Positions 24,036 through 34,920 of a DNA stretch of 64,000 bases are shown one piece after another. Under the pieces are notes generated by a model. The model did no database searches, was not told the origin of the DNA, and saw only the letters and a list, made by a program, of their open reading frames with translations. The position numbers and the translations under genes were made by a program. The stretch's first letter is position 1; every line of letters starts with the position of its first letter. Origin of the DNA: Plasmodiophora brassicae (lineage: Eukaryota). The stretch is from NCBI GenBank assembly GCA_036867785.1, contig CP145416.1, positions 744,001 to 808,000 on the forward strand, in the 5' to 3' direction.

Positions 24036-24776
24036 ATGTCGTGGCAGCGGAGCCAGCCGACGGGATTGTGGATGCTGCCGCCCGTGGAAGGCCCCGTTCG
24101 CAACGTGGAACCGTCGGGTCGGGTGCCGGCCCTTCGGGGCGACCAGCTGATGAAGGCGAGGATTAAGCAGCGGATCGGCGTGACGGATTCGCATCGCGAC
24201 GCGATCGACCACCCGGTCGAGCAGAAGGAGACAGCGCCCGCGTTCGCGACCGAGTCCGCCCGGTTTGGTGCACTGCCCTGGTGCGAGTACGAGTCAAGGT
24301 TCGGCCGGCCTTCCCGTAGGGGTTCCGCCATTGCGCATTCTTATTGCGGTTCTGCAGGGAGCGGCAGCGCCGCCGAGACGTGATCAGGCAGAGAGACGCG
24401 GTGAAGCGACAGCAGCACCTGGGTGATGACGTGGAGCGGATCAAGCGGTTGGAGTACAAGCAGTTCTCCAAGCTGGCCGTCCTCATGGCGAAGACGTCGC
24501 CCACGGCGTCGTCCGTCAGCTATGACATTATCAATCAGTGCCGGTTCCCCGGCCTGTACGGGCAACTCCTCAAACACGAAGAGAACGCCAAACACGTAAC
24601 GTGATCTGCTGTACATGGCTGGGCCCGAGAAATGTACTGATCGTGGTCGGTGCTAGTATCGGGATTTCCTTCGAAGCAGGCGCTGCGAGGAACGATGTAA
24701 TGGAAAGCACAACATCCTGACATGGGAGGAACGGAGCCCGGCCCCGGTCCCCAGGCACCATCATCATGCGGACTGA
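24036..24776 (+). CDS. Hypothetical protein (3-exon model), possibly flagellar
   Basis: The spliced product has FATESARF...SYDIINQ..GQLLKHEENAKH|YRDFLRS..NGKHNILTWEER. Short GT-AG introns join the pieces in frame. Confidence 0.5.
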
Positions 24777-24864
24777 ACACATGTTCACACCATCCCTACA
24801 TGTCTTGTATACACTAGAGCGAGGTGGATACTCGCGATCCAGTCCACCGTACCTCAACCGATCG

Positions 24865-25558
24865 TCATGCTGAGCGATGGGTCGCTGAAGATGTTGCTTG
24901 TGGGGGACAACGGAGTGGTTCGTAGGCCATTCGAGATGGGCAGCGCTCGCATGTCAGGCTGATCGGAACGCTAGGGCAAGACCGCCCTGTTCCACCGACT
25001 GATAACGAATACGTTCTCGCGGGCATATCAACCATCCGACCGAGGTCGGTGCTGGGCTCCTCTAGCGGTCGGTGCCGGGTGCCGTTCATCACACCTGTGG
25101 TGCAGTCAGCATCGGATGTCAAATGCTCAAGACTGGTGACTTCATCGAGCTGTGGGACGTTCCACCCCACCAGATCCTGGATCATTCGCCGGCCTGCCTG
25201 TGCGACGCCGACGCAGTCTGCATCGTGGCGAATGACGCTGCCGATGATGACCACCTGCGGTCTATCCCAGCCTGGACCCAGATCCTCGATCACTGCTTGT
25301 CGCAAGCGGGCCATAAGCGCCCACTCACCTTCGTGCTCGTTAACAAGGTGTCGTCGAGCACGTTTCATTGCAGTATTTGATGGCTGATCGGCGTGCAGGT
25401 CGCTGAACATGACAGCGGCGCGCCCACTGTGCCTCCAGATGGCGTTGTCGGCATATTCATCATCGACATTGCAAGAGATTTGAACGTGTCCCAGGCCGTC
25501 CTCGCCATGGTCGAGGCTGTCAAGAGGCGGGGAGCGACCGAGGACGCGTAATCGCATG
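24865..25558 (-). CDS. Hypothetical protein
   Basis: A ~230-aa open frame with globular-like composition directly downstream of the formin. No recognised motif. Confidence 0.35.
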
Positions 25559-25613
25559 GATAAAGGCTGTATTGCCAATAAGAGGGCAGTGGGTGACAGC
25601 CCCCGTACGTCGC

Positions 25614-27222
25614 TCACGCTGGCCGGCCCAGCTTGTGCAGGCGTTCAACCATGGCGCAGAACTCAGCGAGGGTGTCGAATAAATTATTCAGCGAGCCGTC
25701 CGTCATGCTCAGGTAGGATCTCAGATCCGCCGTCGCCGACAGCAGGTCGCGATGCAGTTGGACAAGGCGGTCGATTCGCGGCCCGAACCGACGCTTGAAC
25801 TTGGCGACGAACGCAGGGAACCCGTCGTCGGGCTGGGACGGGCTCGCAGGGGCGCTGACGGAACCGCCGGGTGACACGACGGCCCGAATGGATTCAATGT
25901 CGGCCTGGAGTTCGTCGGCGTCGATATGGCGGGCGCCGCGCAAGCAGTAGAACTCCTGCACCAGCTTGGACAGGTCCGCGTGCTGATCCAGTAGGTGCAG
26001 CAGCGATTTCCGCTTGTCGAGCGTCGACTTGGTCATCGACAGCCGGTTCAGGCTGTCGATGGCGAACGCCTGGGCCTCCCCATGCCTTTGACCGCTGTTC
26101 AGGAAGTTGCCGATGCAGAGCGTCACATGGAGGGCACGACGGAAGCTCTCGCTGTGCCGAACGGTGTGGACGGCGGCGAGGACGCGCTCAATCCGGGATC
26201 GAACCTCACGAATGCGTTGAGGAAGAATCTCCCAGGAACGCAGCAGCAGGAGTCGCTTGTTAACGTCACGGACGCTCGCCAGCCTGACCAGGAATCGCTC
26301 CTGCTTGCGCAACTCAACAGCAACGTTGCACCCGCGCGGCAGTTTGGAGATCATGTACAATTCCGATTCTGTTGGGACCGCCTGAAACAACTTCGAACAC
26401 GCAGATTCAGTAAACGGCGCCGTACAGACGTGACTAGCGGCTTACCGTGTCAAGAAGGTCGCCATTGATGACATCGCTGCCCGAACGATAATCAGAACGT
26501 TATCATGGACAAGCAGCGGGTGGTCCGTCCACTTACGTGTTCATGGCCCACAGGGCGACGGTGATCGTTTCGCTATCCATGCCACGCGACGCGATCCGCC
26601 TCATCAGGATCGCCAGGTTCTGCGCCCGGCGACCATCGACGAAGGTCGCCAGGCGAACGTCGTCTTCGCCCCCCGCGCTTTTCGGGTTCGGCGTTGACGG
26701 CCGCCGAAGATCTTCCCTGCCAAAGTGCAGCACGATATCATGATGGAGGGCGCCCAGGTTGCAGAAATCGCCAGCCATGCACCAGACGCTCGTATTTGCA
26801 ATGTCCTTCGGCGGGATCTTCTCCCAATGGAACGACTTCAACGTTCGGGCCTTCTTTGGTGTCGTCGGCGTCGGAGGGCACGATGGAGGCGGCGCCGGTG
26901 GTGCTGGAGGCGCCGGCGGGGCAGGCGGCGCCGGCACGTTGAATACAGGCGGCGTGATCTGGTCGACATCTTCACCGGGCGCGACAACCAATTTCGCCGC
27001 CGCCGCCTTCGATGACGGCGGGGCGGAACGTGCGATTTCGCAGCGGCGGTTCCTCTCGATCGAAATCGAGACCCCGCCCGGCAACCACAGCGTCAGCGCC
27101 TTGGCCGAGAAAACGTACCGCAGCAACCGGGCAATGCACTCGACGACGCGTCGCGGCAACATCACCGCCAGCTTCAGGCGCTCGAGCACGTCCTGCAGCA
27201 ACGACACGATCCAGTCCCGCAT
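25614..27222 (-). CDS. Formin (FH1-FH2), multi-exon
   Basis: Poly-Pro FH1 PAPPAPPAPPAPPPSCPP. FH2 motifs LKSFHWEKIP, VDGRRAQNLAIL, ERFLVRL and LCIGNFLNSGQRHGEAQAFAIDSLNRLSMTKS...SLLHLL. Confidence 0.9.
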
Positions 27223-27511
27223 GACATGGACGTCGTCCTCCTGGCGTCGCACGCGAGCCGCTATCGTCCTGGAACGATCCCGCCCGCACAGCCCCACGTT
27301 CCGAAAAGGACGGCCGCAACAAACCCGAACGACAATGATTTTGTGTCGTCCCAGCAGCCAGGCCGTCGGCGGCGTCGGATACGCCGCCACGCGCGCAGTT
27401 ATTAATAGAGGCCCGGCGTTGCGGACGGGGGGCGCACCGCCAGTTGCCGGGTGGCCACCACGGCGTTGTGCTGCAGCTCCCCGTCGTGTCGCACAGTCGC
27501 CGCAGCTGCAT

Positions 27512-30043
27512 ATGGTGGTGCCCCGGGCGTTACATGTTGTGCGCCGGCGATTCTGCCGACAGGTCGCACGTGCAGCTTGGACGTTCCGGGCGTATGGCGG
27601 GGCGGCATCGGCGGCGGCGTATCCGTCGGTGAGGGCGGATGCCGGGCAGGCGGCGGCGGCGCCGTCGCCGAAGGCGTCGCTCCCCGAATCGCACGAGATC
27701 AACATGAGAATCAGCGAGTGCCGAACGCATGCCGCGCTGTACTCGCTGCTGTTGCAGTTGCGGAAGGACGGGGTGCCGATGACCGGTGTCAATGTCGCCA
27801 CGGCGCTGTTCATGATGGCCCGGAAGCCGCCGACTGAACTGCTCGAAATGCATCGATGGCTGCTGGACGTCCTCCGCAAGCGCGTTACGGATTTAACCGT
27901 TCGTGAACTGCCGAACGTGCTGTGGGCGCTTCCCAGGTTGACGCGCAATCGGAAGGACGCGTTCGATAAAGCGCTGCTCGCCGACCTGGCCGCACACTGC
28001 TCCAACCACCTTCGATCGCTGGCTGACCCGGCGTTCAACAGCATCATTCTCGGGTTCGCGCATCTCGGCGAACGCTCGGAAGTGTTCTGGACGTCGGCCG
28101 CGCGCGAGATCGCGTTGCGATCGCTGCTGGCGCCGCCGCAGTCGCTGGCGAACATGTTCTGGTGCCTGGGCGCCGTCGCACCCTTGTCTGAGGCCGTGCA
28201 GAAGGAAGCGCTGCCAGGGCTGACATCGCGTCTGCTTGCGATCGCCGAGGACTTGAACGGCACCGACGTCGGATCGTGCATGTGGGCCGCTGGGCAGATC
28301 CTCCTGAGCCATCGTCCGCTTGTCGCTGCTCTCATCGAACGCGCCATGGACCTTCGCAACGACCTCGACGATCGTGCCATTGTACGCGTCGTTACGGCCG
28401 CTGAGCGGCTGAACGTCCTGTTCCACGACCCGATCTACGGCGTCCTGGCGAAGGTGGCGGCCGCTCGTGTCCCCAAGATGTCGTGGGCGAACATGATCGA
28501 GCTCGGCACCGTCATCTCGCCGGTGCCGTACTGCCACGAGTGGCACAATGCGTTCCTGGCACGCCTCCAGACCGACTTACGGTATCTGAAGCCGCATGAC
28601 TTCGTCGCGGCCGTCGCGTTCCTGGCCGAATCGACGCGACCGCCCGGGCTCCTCGACCAGATCGTCTGGCATGCGATGACTCACATGGACTCGTTCGATC
28701 CGCTGCAGGTCGCGAGCCTGGTTGCGTCGATGAACACGATGTCGTACGCGGACTCCAAGTTTTACAACAAGGCGGCCAAGCACCTGAACGAGAAGGACGC
28801 GTGGCGCACGCTACCCATCAAGGACCTGGCCGAGACCGCCGTCGCTCTCGTCAAGCGCCACGCGTCCAACATCAACATTCGGTCGAACGTCTGCAAGGCG
28901 CTGTACGAATCCACCGACAAGATCGCCAACCTGCACGATCTCGTCATTGTCATGCACGGCCTGAACGCGTTCGGCCTGTCCCGCGACGACGACGTCATCG
29001 TGTCGATTGTCCGTCGCGTCCAGGACCTGACCATGTCCGTCGACGACTACCCGGTCGACATCATGTTCTTCATTCAGGAAGTGGCGCGGATCCGTTTCGG
29101 GGACGACGGCGACCAGGAGAAGAAGAAGATCATGGCGCTCATGGCGGACAGCGTCCTGCGGATCCTGCCAAGTCTAAGTGGCGCCGATGTCGCCATGGTG
29201 GCCGCCTCGTACTGCACAGCGTCGATCGTCGACCTGAAACTGTTCGCCGAGATCCACCGCAAGCTGTCGGTGGTGGGCGCCCTGGATTTCCAGCTGGACG
29301 ACGAGATCGGCACGCTGCTGTACACGATGGGCGACCTGGGCCAGCTCAAGATGAACGAAGTCGCCGTCCTGACGCCGGAGCGCCTGATGAAGATGGATCC
29401 GGAGGTGCTCAGCGCTGTCACCCTGTTCGGCCTGGAAGCGACCATGTCTCCGTTGAGCAAGCCGTACCCGACCAGTATCCTCGACGTCATTGCGAAGCGC
29501 CTGACGGCCATGCACGACGGGTCCGAATCAACGGACGACGTTGCCGACGACACCAGGTGGCGATTCTGCCACGCGGCCATCATCTGGCGGTACTTGGTCG
29601 ACCACCACCCGATGCCGGAATCGGTCGACAAACTCACCAAGCGGTGGCTGTCGCAGTTGGTACCCCTCAGCCAGCGCCCTGAACCGTCCAAGTTCGCCCA
29701 GCAGGTCTCCCGGGAGCTGAACCGCCTCGGGCACGTGAACTCGCTGGAACAGTGGATCCCGGAGCTCTGCGTCCACGCTGACCTCGTCATCACCGGCACC
29801 CGCGTCGTCGTCGAGGTCGATGGCCCACACCACTACTACTCGGTGGTGGGCAGCAGCAAGCCCCGCCTGCGAATGTCGACCATCGCTCGGCACAAGCTCC
29901 TACGTGCCGCTGGGTACCGCGTTCTCGTCGTGCCCCATTCGAAGTGGGTCGAACTCGGCAACGCCGACGCCCGACGCCAGTGGCTGGGCGCCGCTCTCAA
30001 AGCCCTGCCCAGACACGACTCGTCGTCGACCTCGGGCGAATAA
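27512..30043 (+). CDS. RAP-domain helical-repeat (FASTK/OPR-like) organellar RNA-binding protein
   Basis: C-terminal RAP VVVEVDGPHHYY...ARHKLLRAAGYRVLVVPHSKW, repeats such as LPNVLWAL and LANMFWCL, and an Arg-rich presequence from the ATG at 27512. Confidence 0.88.
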   Translation: MVVPRALHVVRRRFCRQVARAAWTFRAYGGAASAAAYPSVRADAGQAAAAPSPKASLPESHEINMRISECRTHAALYSLLLQLRKDGVPMTGVNVATALFMMARKPPTELLEMHRWLLDVLRKRVTDLTVRELPNVLWALPRLTRNRKDAFDKALLADLAAHCSNHLRSLADPAFNSIILGFAHLGERSEVFWTSAAREIALRSLLAPPQSLANMFWCLGAVAPLSEAVQKEALPGLTSRLLAIAEDLNGTDVGSCMWAAGQILLSHRPLVAALIERAMDLRNDLDDRAIVRVVTAAERLNVLFHDPIYGVLAKVAAARVPKMSWANMIELGTVISPVPYCHEWHNAFLARLQTDLRYLKPHDFVAAVAFLAESTRPPGLLDQIVWHAMTHMDSFDPLQVASLVASMNTMSYADSKFYNKAAKHLNEKDAWRTLPIKDLAETAVALVKRHASNINIRSNVCKALYESTDKIANLHDLVIVMHGLNAFGLSRDDDVIVSIVRRVQDLTMSVDDYPVDIMFFIQEVARIRFGDDGDQEKKKIMALMADSVLRILPSLSGADVAMVAASYCTASIVDLKLFAEIHRKLSVVGALDFQLDDEIGTLLYTMGDLGQLKMNEVAVLTPERLMKMDPEVLSAVTLFGLEATMSPLSKPYPTSILDVIAKRLTAMHDGSESTDDVADDTRWRFCHAAIIWRYLVDHHPMPESVDKLTKRWLSQLVPLSQRPEPSKFAQQVSRELNRLGHVNSLEQWIPELCVHADLVITGTRVVVEVDGPHHYYSVVGSSKPRLRMSTIARHKLLRAAGYRVLVVPHSKWVELGNADARRQWLGAALKALPRHDSSSTSGE

Positions 30044-30162
30044 AAGCAGAACCTGGCGCGCGCTTGTACAATAATGACACGTGTATATGTACAACCTTTG
30101 TGCATCTCGGACGACGCCCGAAATAATAATCAAGACAACGCCGGCGAGGCTACAGGGCTTGA

Positions 30163-30981
30163 CTATGCGGCAATGAGCGCTTCGTCGTTCTTCAGCTGGG
30201 ATCCTGGCTCGCCTTCCGTGGTGGCTTGCGCGGCGGCACGTTGCTCGAACTGGCTGGTGGGCGACGATGCGACGGATTGCACCGTACGGGGGCTCCCCGG
30301 CCCATACCGGCACACCCATTCCCCTTTCGCGTCCTTCTCCAGCGTCCCGAACTGATTCCTTGCCAGCGAGATCATCGATTCGGCGCTCGCTCGCATCGAA
30401 CAGCTCTGGTTCTTCCTGCCGCATCGTAGATGGCCCGACAGTCCCTGAATGCGGCACCCGATCAGCAAAGGTGGCCCGGCAATGCCCATCGCCGGCGGCG
30501 CGTCGTACCTTCTGAGTCGCGAACCTGGTATCACAGTGCATACAGGGGAACGGGAGCTCCAGTTTGTGCACTGAGCAATTGTCAGACGACGGGCCATGGG
30601 GCGCGATCCAGGGGGCGCACAACCTCGCATGTGTCGGTTGAGGCTGCCGGCCTGTGTGAATCGTTTGTTGCAGACGGTGCAGGGGAACGGCTTCGTGCCG
30701 GAGTGGGAGACGGCGTGGCTGGTCAGGTGGCTGGCCCGGACGAACACCTTCGAGCAGACGTTGCACTTGAAGACGTTGCCGTTGGCGGGCGGGGCGCGCA
30801 CGCCCGTGGGCGACGGCGCGCCCCAGGCCGGGGACGCGCGGTGCGTTCCGGGCTGAACCCGTCGCCATACGCCGGACGCGTTGTCGAAGAGCCCCATGAT
30901 GCCGTTCGTAGAGCGCACGACGAGATTTTCAAACTGATGGACCAGGCTGGGACTCGCGGGCGAGTCCAATCTCCAGCCCAC
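30163..30981 (-). CDS. C2H2 zinc-finger protein (2 introns, start uncertain)
   Basis: FKCNVCSKVFVRASHLTSHAVSHSGTKPFPCTVCNKRFTQAGSLNRHMR|VHKLELPFPCMHCDTRF. Confidence 0.85.
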   Translation of the reverse strand: MGWRLDSPASPSLVHQFENLVVRSTNGIMGLFDNASGVWRRVQPGTHRASPAWGAPSPTGVRAPPANGNVFKCNVCSKVFVRASHLTSHAVSHSGTKPFPCTVCNKRFTQAGSLNRHMRGCAPPGSRPMARRLTIAQCTNWSSRSPVCTVIPGSRLRRYDAPPAMGIAGPPLLIGCRIQGLSGHLRCGRKNQSCSMRASAESMISLARNQFGTLEKDAKGEWVCRYGPGSPRTVQSVASSPTSQFEQRAAAQATTEGEPGSQLKNDEALIAA

Positions 30982-31337
30982 TGTTGATCATGTTACTGCG
31001 TTGCGGTCGGGGGGACGTGCGCGCGCGTACCCCGCTGCCACGGTTACACACGAGTGGAACGTGGGCCGACCGGGGGCATGGCCACCCGCCCCCCCCGTCT
31101 GCCAACGATCCCCCCCGTTACACCATGGCACGAGGCGCTGACCGACGATGGCGCGGCCACCTCCCCCCGCCTCCGACACAGACACACACGTTCGCCACGG
31201 GGCCAACAAAATCCGACGCTCCGACGTGGACCGCCTCCCACATGCTGCGTTCCTAGTTCCTGCTCCGACAGGTGGGACCGCCTGTGTCGTTACACGACAT
31301 GTTGGCACTGTTAAGGCATATCGGGTGTACTACTGCA

Positions 31338-32804
31338 TCAGCAGGCGGATGAGATGCCGCCGATGGTTTGTTTCGTGACGATTTCGTAGATGGAGAGGGC
31401 GGTCATGGCGACGGTGGCGATGGAGACGTAGCTCGCCAGGACGAAGACGATGATCGACCGCTTGTTCAGCGACAGGATCAGGGCGTTCCAGAGGCGCGTT
31501 CCGAAGAACGCGGCGGTGAAGCCGGCGACGATGAAGCACAAAGCCAGCGGGAGGTCGAGCATGTCGAGAAAAATGAACTGGGGTGAATGAGCGGATGATT
31601 GGCGATGAGGGCGTTCATGCCTACCTGTGCCATCGACGATGAACAGGTTGACAACAGCATGAACGCGGCCGTGCTCGATGCGACATCGGGTGCGCAAATG
31701 TGGGCCAGGAACGGACCCTTGATTGCTACGACGAACTTTCAGCTGACAAAGACGGGTAACATCGAGCCACATACTTGATCCACCGACACCAACCAGTGCA
31801 GACAGGATGCCTGCGAACAAGGACACTGCAGATAGGGTGACCACGTTCTTCGCAGTCCACTGAGGTTCGTCATCTTCCGCTTCCGACCGCAGCAATGCAT
31901 GCTGCCGTTTACTACTGAGCTTGACTTCGTGAAGCGCGACGAAGAACGATATGACGATCAGCAACAGGAGCGATAACGTCATGATCGCACTGTACGATTT
32001 CGAGGGACACTCGAAATGAACGCCCAAGCGTCCACTGAGAAGCAACGTCGGGAATATCCCGATCGCCCAATACACGAACAACATCGTGATAGGGTACCAC
32101 GGGAACTGTTCCTCGTTTTCCACCGGCTGATTGACAGAGGCAGCCCCGTCGGCGTTCGCATCGCTGGCAACCGCATCTCCACCGATGGCGATCTCATTCG
32201 TCGCTGCCAATGCCTGCTCAGCGCGGTGCAGCGCGAACGCACGATGGAACGTCTTCAGCGCGATCGGAACCAGCAATATCACCATTAACGTGGCGATCAC
32301 CGTGAACGGCAACAACTTGTTCAGTCGAACACCCTACATGCCACGTCGTAACATTATACCGAGCATCAGACATGCAAGCCGTCAATGATCGTACAATGAC
32401 AGTCCCGACGAGCGTATACGGTTCCAGGATGAGAGCCTAACCGAATATCAGCATTGGCCAACAGCATGCGTGCCACCATGTGCATGCAGACCATGCGATA
32501 GTCAATCAACGGCCGCGTACCTGACCCGTTCGCGCGCCGACGGGTCCTCGGGGAATTCCTGATGAACATGGCCACACTGGCGCCGAATGCGCATGCTTTT
32601 GACAAGGGAATCGCGACCTTGTTCGGCGACAGCAGTATAACGAACAGGGGAATGTATAGCGCACCGCCTATTCACCACTGATTACGGCGCTTGCATCGTG
32701 GGCCGGCAGCAGCTGGTAAACCGACCTCCTACACCGGCGCCACTCGCAAGCGACCCGAGGATCAAGACGAACGAAATGGCAATCGCCTCATTGAGGATGA
32801 ACAT
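31338..32804 (-). CDS. TauE/SafE (TSUP) sulfite-exporter family membrane protein, multi-exon
   Basis: LGSLASGAGVGG|GALYIPLF, AIPLSKACAFGAS, RPLIDY and a second half AGILSALVGVGG. ATG at 32804. Confidence 0.85.
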
Positions 32805-33130
32805 TCACAGCGCGGGGCGATGCAGCGCTGCGCGATGACGGGTGTGGGAGCAGACGACCGCACCAGTGTACGGGGCCAGCGACAACCGTGTTTGGCCGGC
32901 GGCTGTGGGACTGAGTGATGTACAACGCCTACCCGTAGCTATGACGGCTGTCCCACTCCCGCGGCAGTGGACACTCACGCGGACGCGCATTGCGCGCGCA
33001 GTCCATTCTGACCGCGCCTGCACCAACATAACTATACCTATGTACATAGCGCCGTATCTGGCCAATGCCGTACAATGGTCCTCCATGTACATTGTCACAC
33101 ACAGTCCTCCAGATGCATTGCCGATGTACC

Positions 33131-34720
33131 CTATATGCATGGGAAGTCGGCGCCAGCCATAACTCGTTCGATGTCCTCGACAGATCGTGGTACGCGCGTC
33201 AGGTTGCGGCAGCCGTTCTCCGTGCTAGACCGAGACACGGTGAGATAACGGAAATGACAACGTTGCGATCGGTGACCGACATGACAAGGTCGTCCTCGAG
33301 ACGGATGCCGCCGAACGTGAGGTGATCCATGATCTTGTCGCGGTTCAGGAATGTCGACAATTTCGGATCGTTGAGGGCGGGGAGCAGTAAAGCTTCGATG
33401 AAGTAGAGGCCAGGTTCGTTGGTGACGACCATGCCGGCTTGCAGTGGACGGTTCATGCGCAAGCGAGACAGACTTGGGCCTGTCAAGCGAGTGCGCCCGC
33501 GTGGATACCCTCCAACGTCGTGCGTGTCCAGACCCATGAGATGGCCGAGGCCATGAGGCATGAACAGATCGGGAAGATGAAGGGCCATGGCCTCGTCAAC
33601 CGTTGCATTGACAAGGAATCGATGCCGAAGCAAACCAGTTCCGATGACTCGCAGCGCCAGCGAATGCATGTCGGCCCATTCGACGCCAGGACGGGCCACA
33701 GACTCAACTGCTCGCTGAGCCTCCAGTACGATTTCGTAGATGACGCGCTGTTCAGGACTAAACTTTCCTGCAGAATGCCGAGATCAGCAACCTTGGGCAG
33801 TGCTGCAGGAGCCCGATAGCGCCTACCGTTGGCAGGGAACGAGCAGGTTATATCGGAAGCGTAGCAATGCCATTCTGCACCCATGTCCAGCAGGCACATG
33901 CCACCGTCTTTGACGGGTGCATCATTCGGAGCGCCGGCGTGGCCGTAATGCAGGACGGCGCCATTCGGGCCCGATCCACAGATGCACGTATACGATTGAT
34001 ACCGGCAACCGCCATAGAACTCGGTGAAATGAACAAACATTGCCTCCAGCTGAAACTCGTGCAGACCAGGTCGACAGTTCTGCATGACATGGACGTGAGC
34101 CTTCGAGCTGATGTCGTTGACATATTGCATGACAGCCAGCTCTTTCGCGGTCTTGATTAACCGCGCTTCGGTCAAGATCTCCAGCAGCACAGACCCATCA
34201 ACTTCGAACCGCTCAATCCCATCAAACGCCATCGGGGAGATCGCTGTTCCGCTGTCACTGTTGACGCCCTGAAGAACCTGGATCTTCTTCACGCCCAGGT
34301 CGCTCAAGTACGCGGAGAGCTCATCAACAAACATCACTTTGTCGACACCGTACCGCTCCTTGTACATGCTTTGCGAAGGCAACTTCCCACACCAAATCTC
34401 GTACTCCACGCCGTGCCTCGGCACCAGCAGAGTTGCCGTACGTGTGCTCTCATGCAGAACACCATACAGGCCAGGCTCGTTCACGCCAAACAAATAATGA
34501 AAATGCGACTCTTGCCTGAACAAGTGCTCGTGATCCGTATCATGCCTAGGAGTACGTAGCGGTAAGCCACAGACCCAGAACGATGGACGGCCCCGTACCG
34601 AAACGCAGCCGCCCCGCCCCGAAACACGGCCGTGGACCCCGGCGGCATACGCCCCATCACCGCCGCCCGGATCTCGGCATGCATGGCCACGAGGTCGACA
34701 TCGGGGCTGGTGGCCACCAT
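33131..34720 (-). CDS. PEPD: Xaa-Pro dipeptidase (prolidase, M24B)
   Basis: FRQESHFHYLFGVNEPG, LLDMGAEWHCYASDITCSFP, HGLGHLMGLDTHDVGG, TNEPGLYF and GGIRLEDD. The last exon reads TENGCRNLTRVPRSVEDIE. Confidence 0.93.
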
Positions 34721-34920
34721 GAGCGATGCCGAGGCGGTTGACTTGTGATGACCCGCTAACCGGGGGCCGACGTCCCCAGGACCAGGTGCTGATTTTCGGA
34801 CGAGGCCGATGGAGGCCGCGCCGTCCGCGTGACTGCAATAATCGGCGGCGTCGCCGGGTACAAGTTACAACTGCATACTACCGTACAGTGTGCCCCGCCG
34901 GTGGGCTGCACGCGCAGGCC

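Noticed and set aside
22943-24331. 462-aa ORF taken as the full gene
   Set aside because: Its 5' third is antisense to the plus-strand gene at 24036-24776, so the ATG at 23875 is the more plausible start.
26533-28380. 615-aa minus ORF and 1094-aa plus ORF overlapping as a double-coding region
   Set aside because: These are GC-rich antisense extensions. The formin most plausibly starts at 27222 and the RAP gene at 27512, so the genes are divergent rather than overlapping.
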